Positions 1-7,782 of a stretch of 20,083 bases of DNA are shown piece after piece. The first letter of the stretch is position 1. Every line of letters starts with the position of its first letter. A program made the translations under genes and the position numbers. The notes beneath the pieces were generated by a model. The model did no database searches. It saw only the letters and a list, made by a program, of their open reading frames with translations, and was not told the DNA's origin. Source of the DNA: a candidate division WOR-3 bacterium (GTDB lineage: Bacteria > Hydrothermota > Tepidihabitantia > SM23-42 > JAOAFX01); NCBI GenBank assembly GCA_037444665.1, contig JBBILZ010000044.1:1-20083 (forward strand), read 5' to 3'.

Positions 1-1185
1 ATAAACTGGGTTCAACAGGTTACAGGAACGGGTCAGACCTTTTATGATACAGACTTTCTTGATAATCAACTCGGATATGCAGTAGGTGCAAACGGAACAT
101 TTTTCAAGACTACAAATGGTGGCAATACCTGGATTCCAAAAAATTCAGGGACTACTGCTAATCTATATGCAGTAAGATTTGTTAATCCGGAGGTTGGCTA
201 TATTGGTGGATTTAGTACTTCCGGAGATGGTGGTGTAATTTTAAAGACCACAGATGGAGGTGATAATTGGGTCAGTCAGACCATACCGAATAATAATAAT
301 TATCGGGCAATTCAGGATATCTTCTTTTTTGATGTTGATACTGGTTATGCTGTTGCTGGTGCATGGCCATTCTATGGTGGATGGGTTGGGCTTGTATATA
401 AAACCACTAACGGTGGTCAGACCTGGGTAGTAAACTATGCACCTTCATCAGCGAATTTCTATGCAATAGATTTTCCAGAGAATAAACAGATTGGATATAT
501 ATCAGGATTAATGGGCGGCACTGGTGCCTACAAGATGATAAAGACGACAGATGGTGGTGGTTCCTGGACAGGTCAGAGCCTTGGTGGTGGTATTGTTCCC
601 GCAGTGTCGGTTTCTTTTTCTGATAACCTGACTGGTTATGCCGTATTCAGATCCGGTTATAATATGATGATGAAGACCACAAATGGTGGAACAAACTGGT
701 TTGCAATTAATTCCCTAACCCGGCACGGATATGAAGATATTTTTGTAGTAGATGCAAATACTGTTTATGCAGTTGGTCGCGGTGGAATGATTCGCAAGAC
801 TACAAATGGTGGACAGGTCTGGGTTGCAGAGAAGGAAAAGGATGAACTACTGAAGGTTGAGCATTCAAATGGTCTGCTTGTGGTCTATCCAAATCCATTC
901 CAGAATTACCTTGTGATTAAATACGAAATACGAAATCCGAAATTCGAAATAAATCCCAATTCCCAAATCCCAAATACCATTTTAAAGATCTACGATGCGA
1001 GTGGCAGATTGGTAAAACAATTTAACCATTTATCCGCCAATCAGCGTGGCGGAAATCACCAATTTAATTATGTTTTGTGGTATGGTGATGATGATTCAGG
1101 TCGCAGACTTCCTACTGGTGTTTACTTTGTAAAGTTGGAAACCGAAGGGTTTAAACAGGTAGAGAAGGTGATACTTTTAAGATAG
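1..1185 (+). CDS. 5'-truncated Asp-box (BNR)/YCF48-like beta-propeller protein with C-terminal T9SS type-A/FlgD-like sorting domain
   Basis: Frame 1 is open from base 1 (INWVQQVTGTGQTFYDTDFLDNQLGYAVGANGTFFKTTNGGNTW...) and runs into the 511..1185 ORF, so ATG 511 is internal. There are six KTT[ND]GGxxW repeats. The C-terminus has YPNPF...LKIYDASGRLVK...WYGDDDSGRRLPTGVYFVKL...KVILLR. Stop TAG at 1183-1185. Confidence 0.85.
   Translation: MNWVQQVTGTGQTFYDTDFLDNQLGYAVGANGTFFKTTNGGNTWIPKNSGTTANLYAVRFVNPEVGYIGGFSTSGDGGVILKTTDGGDNWVSQTIPNNNNYRAIQDIFFFDVDTGYAVAGAWPFYGGWVGLVYKTTNGGQTWVVNYAPSSANFYAIDFPENKQIGYISGLMGGTGAYKMIKTTDGGGSWTGQSLGGGIVPAVSVSFSDNLTGYAVFRSGYNMMMKTTNGGTNWFAINSLTRHGYEDIFVVDANTVYAVGRGGMIRKTTNGGQVWVAEKEKDELLKVEHSNGLLVVYPNPFQNYLVIKYEIRNPKFEINPNSQIPNTILKIYDASGRLVKQFNHLSANQRGGNHQFNYVLWYGDDDSGRRLPTGVYFVKLETEGFKQVEKVILLR
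919..978 (+). repeat. Degenerate 7-bp tandem repeats inside the coding sequence
   Basis: AAATACG AAATACG AAATCCG AAATTCG AAAT AAATCCC AATTCCC AAATCCC AAATACC, encoding KYEIRNPKFEINPNSQIPNT. Confidence 0.85.
1033..1053. repeat. GC-rich inverted repeat inside the coding sequence
   Basis: TCCGCCA-atcagcg-TGGCGGA: a perfect 7-bp stem with a 7-nt loop, 21 bp in frame (SANQRGG). Confidence 0.7.
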
Positions 1186-1278
1186 ATGAGACGGGCAGCG
1201 TAACCGTATAACGAGAGACGGGTCTTTGTTGGAGAAGTGGGTATGGAAATTGGAAGTTTGAATTATGTTTCTCAGGTA

Positions 1279-1306
1279 TTGACTTATTTAAAAATATTGT
1301 TATAAT
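1279..1306 (+). promoter_or_regulatory. sigma70-type promoter of the S8 protease gene
   Basis: TTGACT (1279-1284), 16 bp, TATAAT (1301-1306) preceded by TGn (extended -10). Shine-Dalgarno AAGGAGGT (1383-1390 region) precedes ATG 1395. Confidence 0.7.
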
Positions 1307-1394
1307 TTATTATCTGAAAGGGGGTGAGAAAAACATAAAAGGTTAAAATTAGTTTTGTTCATTAAATATTTATTGAAAAACAAAGGAGGTTGAA

Positions 1395-4300
1395 ATGTTA
1401 AGTCTATTGCTCGGTTTTTTATTGGCAGTAAGGCCAGCAATACCCGGGAAGATGACCCCGGAACTGGCAGATATATTGAGTAAAGCAACTGATAATGAGA
1501 AGATACTGGTAATTGTCCATATGGCAACAGAATATCCCTATGACCAGTTACGCGGTATGAGCCCTCAGGAAAAATGTGTAGTATTCCAGGATGTAGCTCT
1601 CAATTCACAGCAACAGATTGTAGAATATTTAAAATCATTGCCTGATGAGTTTGCTGAAGTTGGCGGACAATTTTGGATATTCAATGGATTCCATTTGAAG
1701 GCAACAAAGCAGATAATCTATGAACTGGCAAAGCGTGATGAAGTCTGGTTTATCTGCCACAATGGGATAATAAAACTTGATGCAGAAATCTCACCAGAGC
1801 CAGATGTGACGGGTCGTGCCCCTGAATGGAATATAACCAAGATTAAAGCAGATTCTTGCTGGATCGATGGTTATAGTGGTTCTGGTATAATCATTGGTCA
1901 TATTGATACGGGTGTATTGACTACGCATGAAGCCCTTACAGGAAAATGGCTCTCACCTTATTGGCGCGATGGTGTCAATAATCAATCATCACCTTATGAT
2001 GACCATGGCCATGGCACGCATACAATGGGCACAATTCTTGGAGGCGATGGACCTGGTCCATTTGCCAATGATGTTGGTGTTGCATACAATGCCCAGTATA
2101 TTCCGACCAAGGCATTTGACTCAGGTGGTAGTGGTCAGTATGACTGGATTGATACCTGTATGCAGTATCTGGCAAATTTGAAGGCAGGTGGTGTTGATAT
2201 ACGGGTGATTGGTAATTCCTGGGGCGGCTCAGGAACTGACCTACACTTCTGGGATGCAGTTTTGAACTGGAAGAACCTTGATGTGTTCCCAGTCTTCTCA
2301 AATGGCAATAGTGGTCCTGGTTCAGGCACAGTTGGCTCACCAGCGAGTTATCCCCTTTCAATGGGCGTTGGTGCTACTACAATTGAAGATACCATGGCAA
2401 GTTTCTCTTCCCGTGGACCAGCACCAAACCAGAGTCCATGGAATGACCCACAATACTGGTACTATTCTACATGGAATCTTTTAAAACCCGATGTTTCTGC
2501 ACCCGGTTATAATGTTCGCTCTTCCTACAATAATGGAGGATATACTTCAATGAATGGGACATCAATGGCATCACCACATGTCACTGGTGGAACTGCAATA
2601 CTACTGGAGAAGAATTCAAGTTTGACACCAGACCAGTTATACGAAATCTTTTATACAACCTGTGACCAGCCTTCTGCAGGTGCACCATATCCGAATAACA
2701 ATTATGGTTGGGGAAGAATAAATCTCTATCGTGCACTACAACAGACACCACCACCAACACCACACCATAACATAAGGGTCCAGACCATTGTAGTTCCGGG
2801 AACGAGGGAGCGTGAATATACTACTATCCAGCCGCAGGTGCGTTATAAGAATGCAGGCACCTATGATGAAAATAATATTCCAGTAATCTGCCAGATAAAG
2901 CGTGGGACTACGACTATTTACACAAGCAACCGCACTATCAATTTCCTTGCCCAAAACGATGATACATTAATTACCTTTGACAATTTTTCAGTAGGTAGTT
3001 GTGGAAACCATTATCAGGCACTCGGTATTGCCAATCTTGGTACAGATACATTAAAATATGATGATACATTGAAAAAGAATTTTGTTGCAGCAAGGGTATA
3101 TGAAGTTGTGACACCTGATTGTAATGCCTGGAAGATTGCCAATGCTGATTCGGGAATTCCACCTGCGCCAACGAATCCTGCCTGGATTCCGGCAACTACT
3201 ACAGAAAAACAACAGATTTCAGCCCTGGATAACGACTGGTGGGTGACATCTGGTGCAAATGATACTACACACCAGGATTTGCAGTTGTATGGATTCAAAC
3301 TTACAGGTATCCCTGATAGTGCGATAGAAGAGATGACAGTAGAATGGTGGGGACACCATGGTAGCACAATGCACAATCAACTTAAGTTAAGGCTCTGGAA
3401 TACCCTGACCAGTGCTTACGCTTTAAAGATAACCCAAACCAATATCACCAGTGACCAGTTATTTACTGTCAATATAGGTGATGATTCTGCAGAAGCATAT
3501 GTGGGTAACGATGGCTTCTTGTATACCTGTGTGGGTGCGGATGTCTACATAAAATCTTCCTGCCCATTGCTCTTTACCCATAACAAAAATCGTAGTTACT
3601 TTATCGGTGATATAATCACTGGTGGTGATATTGGTACCTGGATTGGCAGGGTGATGGAAGTGAATCTCTATGCCCCACCAGACTATGATGAATATGTGAA
3701 GATAGATGGTGATAAATTGTCGCCGGTCAATGGAAAGTATTATCTGAGCGTGAATGAAATGCTCCAGGAAGTCAGCTATCTTGACAATGTGAAATTGTAT
3801 GTAATTGACCATCCAGCAGATTGTGATGTATTTCCACAGGAGGCACTACTCTGGCCTGGCTATGAAGGATTGAAATTATACAGTGGTGATGAGAGACAGA
3901 TTGTTAAGGCAACGAATGAAAAGGGGCAGGACATAACCCAATACCTGAGTGATATAGACAGGAATTATGTGCCATTTGAACAAACAGGTTTTGTGGGATT
4001 TGCCAGACCATTTACAATCACACTTGACCTTGGTGACCTGCCTGAGATAAATCAGGCAATTCTCTGTCTTTATGGAAGCACACGATTCCCGGATGCAGGT
4101 GAGGTAGAACAGGTAAGCGATATTTATAAGGCTTATCAAAAAGGGATGAAGGTGCAGAATCCGATTGTTGAGGTGTTTAATGGTAAGAAATGGCAGAAGG
4201 TTAAGTCCTGTGGTATGCCAGCAGGCCATAAGAAAATTGTTGCCTATCCACTCTATGATACAAAAGGTAATTCAATATTCAAAGGCAAAGACCACAGAAT

Positions 4301-5453
4301 TCGCATCACATTCCATCACGAGGTCTACCTTGATAAAGCCTGGATAAGTATTGTACAGAATAATACTTATAGTGTGACAGAACTGACTCCTGCCTATGCA
4401 AACCTTCATTATTATGGACACAGTGCCTATATGTCTTCAGATGGACAATATCCGGGTGAATTTGATTATACAAAAAAGGTGAATGTAGATTATGTGCAGG
4501 CAGCAGGATACTACACTCGCTATGGAGATGTATTACCATTACTACAAAACGCTGATAATAGATTTGTCATAATGAAGTCTGGTGATGAGATAAGGATGGA
4601 GTTTAACGCAGAAGATTTACCTGAACTGCCAGCAGGTTGGAGGCGCGATTTTATTTTTGCCGCAAAAGGTTTCTATAAAGCAATCAGACCGGGTCGTGCC
4701 TATGCCTATAGTGTTGACCCTCTACCATTCTATGGTATGCGCAAAGATCTATCTGCTAATGGTACTGGTTATTATCCATATGACCCGGCACCAGGACTTC
4801 TTGGTTCATTACTGGGTAGAATCTATGCCCGCATCACCTGGGGATATCCATTCTCTGTGGTTGAAGCATTCAATCTTGTCAAGGACCATATCTTCCATAG
4901 ACTGAATAATAAATACCCTGCAGAACTCATTGAATATTGTCAGGCATGGAATACGCGCAGGGTTGATGCATATTATCCTGCCTATTATGCCAATCTCCTA
5001 CCACATAAAAATCTGGAAAAAGTTCCGCTTACTGAAAAAGAAGGAGAATGGCCATTGCACCTTGCGGCACTCGGTATTCCGTTTGGTCCGCACTCATTGT
5101 ACAGTAATTATGTTCGTCTCTGGGTAACTACACACAATCCTCTCGTTGTGGTTGAAGAGAAATCAGCAAATAATGCGAGTGGATTCTCATTTATTGCTGT
5201 GGCAAGTCCTTTCCGCAATACCGCCCGTATGGAATATAACCTGCCAGTGAAATCAAAGGTAAATCTGAGTATCTACGACAATGCAGGAAGATTGGTGCGC
5301 AATCTGGTGAATAATATACAGGACAAAGGCAGTTATCAATTACAATGGTCAGGTGATGATGACCAGGGTAGAAAACTGGGTGCTGGTGTCTACTTTATAA
5401 AATTTGAGACCGACCAGACGCACGCAGTCAAAAAGGTGATAATGCTAAAATAA
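1395..5453 (+). CDS. Secreted S8 (subtilisin/bacillopeptidase F-like) serine protease with prodomain, CARDB-like and beta-sandwich domains, a large 'SCP...NTR' domain and a C-terminal FlgD-like/T9SS sorting domain
   Basis: Hydrophobic N-terminal signal. Catalytic triad motifs IDTG (D171), HGTH (H206) and GTSMASPH (S390), plus oxyanion SNGNSG, FSSRGP, KPDVSAPG and YGWGRIN. C-terminal IYDNAGRLVR...WSGDDDQGRKLGAGVYFIK...KKVIMLK. Confidence 0.92.
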   Translation: MLSLLLGFLLAVRPAIPGKMTPELADILSKATDNEKILVIVHMATEYPYDQLRGMSPQEKCVVFQDVALNSQQQIVEYLKSLPDEFAEVGGQFWIFNGFHLKATKQIIYELAKRDEVWFICHNGIIKLDAEISPEPDVTGRAPEWNITKIKADSCWIDGYSGSGIIIGHIDTGVLTTHEALTGKWLSPYWRDGVNNQSSPYDDHGHGTHTMGTILGGDGPGPFANDVGVAYNAQYIPTKAFDSGGSGQYDWIDTCMQYLANLKAGGVDIRVIGNSWGGSGTDLHFWDAVLNWKNLDVFPVFSNGNSGPGSGTVGSPASYPLSMGVGATTIEDTMASFSSRGPAPNQSPWNDPQYWYYSTWNLLKPDVSAPGYNVRSSYNNGGYTSMNGTSMASPHVTGGTAILLEKNSSLTPDQLYEIFYTTCDQPSAGAPYPNNNYGWGRINLYRALQQTPPPTPHHNIRVQTIVVPGTREREYTTIQPQVRYKNAGTYDENNIPVICQIKRGTTTIYTSNRTINFLAQNDDTLITFDNFSVGSCGNHYQALGIANLGTDTLKYDDTLKKNFVAARVYEVVTPDCNAWKIANADSGIPPAPTNPAWIPATTTEKQQISALDNDWWVTSGANDTTHQDLQLYGFKLTGIPDSAIEEMTVEWWGHHGSTMHNQLKLRLWNTLTSAYALKITQTNITSDQLFTVNIGDDSAEAYVGNDGFLYTCVGADVYIKSSCPLLFTHNKNRSYFIGDIITGGDIGTWIGRVMEVNLYAPPDYDEYVKIDGDKLSPVNGKYYLSVNEMLQEVSYLDNVKLYVIDHPADCDVFPQEALLWPGYEGLKLYSGDERQIVKATNEKGQDITQYLSDIDRNYVPFEQTGFVGFARPFTITLDLGDLPEINQAILCLYGSTRFPDAGEVEQVSDIYKAYQKGMKVQNPIVEVFNGKKWQKVKSCGMPAGHKKIVAYPLYDTKGNSIFKGKDHRIRITFHHEVYLDKAWISIVQNNTYSVTELTPAYANLHYYGHSAYMSSDGQYPGEFDYTKKVNVDYVQAAGYYTRYGDVLPLLQNADNRFVIMKSGDEIRMEFNAEDLPELPAGWRRDFIFAAKGFYKAIRPGRAYAYSVDPLPFYGMRKDLSANGTGYYPYDPAPGLLGSLLGRIYARITWGYPFSVVEAFNLVKDHIFHRLNNKYPAELIEYCQAWNTRRVDAYYPAYYANLLPHKNLEKVPLTEKEGEWPLHLAALGIPFGPHSLYSNYVRLWVTTHNPLVVVEEKSANNASGFSFIAVASPFRNTARMEYNLPVKSKVNLSIYDNAGRLVRNLVNNIQDKGSYQLQWSGDDDQGRKLGAGVYFIKFETDQTHAVKKVIMLK

Positions 5454-5457
5454 AAGC

Positions 5458-5487
5458 AAAAAGGGGGCAGTTTTCTGCCCCCTTTTT
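5458..5487. terminator. Intrinsic terminator, potentially bidirectional
   Basis: AAAAAGGGGGCAG-TTTT-CTGCCCCCTTTTT, a perfect hairpin starting 4 bp after the S8 stop, with A- and T-tracts on either side. Confidence 0.85.
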
Positions 5488-5494
5488 ATAATTC

Positions 5495-6748
5495 ATGGCA
5501 AAATCCATCAGTAAACTCCAATTATTTTATAAAGGGGCATCAATTTTTTGTGCTGAATTCTGTTACTTATTAAGAAAAGGAGGATTGAAATATCTATTGC
5601 CTTATTTCCGACTATTAAAAAAGTCATTAAAAAATGAATCTGTTATAGAATTTGATAATAAGGCGGTGATATTTTTTCTTATTCCGCCAATTCCAAGTTT
5701 TAGTTTCAGAAGGCACCTTCATCTTTATATAGATAAATTTATCCTGAAAAAAAATAATACATTTGTGGGGCAGGTCTTCATTGCAGTAAATCGGAGGTGT
5801 CCATTCAATTGCTGGTATTGCAGTGCTGATAAGACACCGGATAATGAACCATCACTGAAGGATATTGAGAAGATAATTTTATTGGCAAAAGATTTTGGTG
5901 CGAGTACCATCGTATTTACTGGTGGTGAACCATTACTTCGTGATGACATAGATATTTTAATAAAAAAATATTCTGCAGAACTATCGTTTGTTATCTTGAC
6001 ATCGGGATATGATTTAGATATTGCACGCGCCCAACAATTGAAGTTATCGGGTCTATTTGCAATTTCAATCAGTCTTGACCACTATGAAAGGCAAATCAAT
6101 GATAAATTTAGAGGGCTTGATGGAGCGTATGATATCTCTTTACAGGCAATTGAAAATGCCCGCAGAGCAAGGTTGTATACTGTTGTTCAAACTGTAGTAA
6201 GTAAAGAACTTATACAGAATAATAATCTTTGGTATTTTATAGAATTCGTCAAAAATTTAAATGTTAATGAGTTATTTCTCCTTGAGCCTTTGAGCACAGG
6301 CAGATTGTTTGCTGCACCACAGGATACTTATCTTGATGAGATGCAAAAAAATATCTTAAAAAAGGCACATATCTGCTCAGCACAGAACAATAATGGTTTT
6401 AAGGTAATTGCCTCAAGTTATGTTGAAGACCACCAAAAATTTGGCTGCGGTGCTGGAACGCAGCATATATACATAGACACAAATGGTGAACTCTGGCCCT
6501 GTAATTTTCTTCCCATCAGCCTGGGTAATTTTCTTAACGATACTGAAACGGTTATGCTACGATTGAAAAAATATTTTATTAATCAATGTCGGGTTTGTAT
6601 TTTGAAAGGGTATCACCAGGAACTGCTAAAACTTTATGATAACCGATTGCCCATTCCATTTGAGTCGGTTAAGCATATCCTTGAGAGAAATTTGGTGCAT
6701 TACCCACCAGTGGTTTTGAATGGGGCACGACAAAAGCATAAAATTTGA
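5495..6748 (+). CDS. Radical SAM protein with SPASM/twitch-like C-terminal domain; start uncertain
   Basis: CxxxCxxC (CPFNCWYC), FTGGEPLLR and ISISLD motifs. Auxiliary-cluster motif CGAG...YIDTNGELWPCNF, then CRVC. No SD before ATG 5495; an in-frame TTG at 5597 follows AGGAGG (5578-5583). Confidence 0.85.
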   Translation: MAKSISKLQLFYKGASIFCAEFCYLLRKGGLKYLLPYFRLLKKSLKNESVIEFDNKAVIFFLIPPIPSFSFRRHLHLYIDKFILKKNNTFVGQVFIAVNRRCPFNCWYCSADKTPDNEPSLKDIEKIILLAKDFGASTIVFTGGEPLLRDDIDILIKKYSAELSFVILTSGYDLDIARAQQLKLSGLFAISISLDHYERQINDKFRGLDGAYDISLQAIENARRARLYTVVQTVVSKELIQNNNLWYFIEFVKNLNVNELFLLEPLSTGRLFAAPQDTYLDEMQKNILKKAHICSAQNNNGFKVIASSYVEDHQKFGCGAGTQHIYIDTNGELWPCNFLPISLGNFLNDTETVMLRLKKYFINQCRVCILKGYHQELLKLYDNRLPIPFESVKHILERNLVHYPPVVLNGARQKHKI

Positions 6749-6759
6749 AAGGAGTGAAT

Positions 6760-7782
6760 TTGATTAAAAGGACCAGAATCTTGTCAATTGATTATTATGT
6801 TCCAGAAGAGGTAGTAAAAACCATTGATATTGAGAAAAAATTACAATTTAAAGAAAAACTTGGATTACCTTATGGAATTCTTACCAAGATGACCGGCTGC
6901 AAAGAACACCATGAAGCAAGGGGTAAGATGGATGCCTCAGACCTCGCGGTCAAGGCAGCTCAAAAAGCAATAAGGCAGGCAAATATTTCACCTCAGGATA
7001 TTGATGTTGTGCTATTCTGCGCCTGTGACCATGATATTACTGAGCCTGCAACTGTGAATGTGGTTGTAGAAAAATTGGGGTTGCGCGGTGTTTGCGCATT
7101 TGATGTAAAGAATGCCTGCAATTCATTTATCAATGGTATTGATATCGCTGATGCGATGATAAAGAGCGGTAAGGCAAAGACTGTGCTGGTCACTACCGGC
7201 GAGGTCATTACTGATTGGGTTAGTTATGATATTAACAAAAAAGAAGATTTGAAATTAAAAGCAGCAGGCCTGACACTTGGTGATGGTGGTGCAGCAGCAA
7301 TCGTTGTTCCGAGTGATTCAGACGATAGGGGAATCTTATATTCCTGTTTTGAGACCTTTGGAGAATTCTGGCAGATTGCAGTGGTAATGGCACACGGAAC
7401 AATGTATCCAAGATATCCTGAGAATGCAGATTTAACATATTTTCTTTCTGATAGTGAAAAAATCCTAGGACTTGCCCTGGAAAAGATTCCACCGGTGATG
7501 AAAAAAGTGATGGAAAAGGTAAACTGGAAATCTGAACAAGTAGACCTGGTCATTGGTCATCAGGTAACGATAAAGATAATGCGGGATATTCTAAGTTGTG
7601 TTAATATCCCTTTTGAGAAGACAGTTGTTACAGTTGACCACTATGGGAATACTGGTGCTGCCAGCATCCCTATTGCCATTTGCACAGCATTGGAACAGAA
7701 TAGATTGAAATCAGGAATGAAGGTTTTACTCGTTGGCGGTGCCAGTGGTTTTTCTGCGGGGGTGATCGCTTTAATCTGGTGA
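6760..7782 (+). CDS. 3-oxoacyl-ACP synthase III superfamily protein, OleA-like (thiolase-fold Claisen condensing enzyme)
   Basis: Catalytic Cys in FDVKNACNSF, His in IGHQVT and Asn in YGNTGAASIP. It has EPAT and LTLGDG where FabH typically has HQAN/LFGDG-type motifs. TTG 6760 has an SD (AAGGAG 6749-6754) and is preferred over the ORF-track TTG 6745. Confidence 0.85.
   Translation: MIKRTRILSIDYYVPEEVVKTIDIEKKLQFKEKLGLPYGILTKMTGCKEHHEARGKMDASDLAVKAAQKAIRQANISPQDIDVVLFCACDHDITEPATVNVVVEKLGLRGVCAFDVKNACNSFINGIDIADAMIKSGKAKTVLVTTGEVITDWVSYDINKKEDLKLKAAGLTLGDGGAAAIVVPSDSDDRGILYSCFETFGEFWQIAVVMAHGTMYPRYPENADLTYFLSDSEKILGLALEKIPPVMKKVMEKVNWKSEQVDLVIGHQVTIKIMRDILSCVNIPFEKTVVTVDHYGNTGAASIPIAICTALEQNRLKSGMKVLLVGGASGFSAGVIALIW

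Noticed and set aside
289..300. (AAT)4 microsatellite
   Set aside because: It is a short in-frame Asn run, expected in AT-rich DNA.
511..1185. ORF-track start at ATG 511
   Set aside because: The frame is open from base 1 with three more Asp-box repeats, so the gene starts upstream of the window.
1316..1345. SD-like GAAAGGGGGTGA in the S8 leader, suggesting a leader peptide or riboswitch
   Set aside because: There is no ATG at suitable spacing and no recognisable riboswitch structure.
3561..5093. Canonical intein or Hint domain in the protease
   Set aside because: No TxxH block B, terminal His-Asn or LAGLIDADG motifs. It is kept only as a nested-domain finding.
5495..6748. RiPP maturase (PqqE/SCIFF-type) assignment
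   Set aside because: No precursor peptide or PqqD/RRE domain is evident nearby.
6760..7782. Gene symbol fabH or oleA
   Set aside because: The motifs differ from FabH (HQVT, LTLGDG, EPAT), and neither fab/plsX nor oleBCD context is present, so no symbol was assigned.
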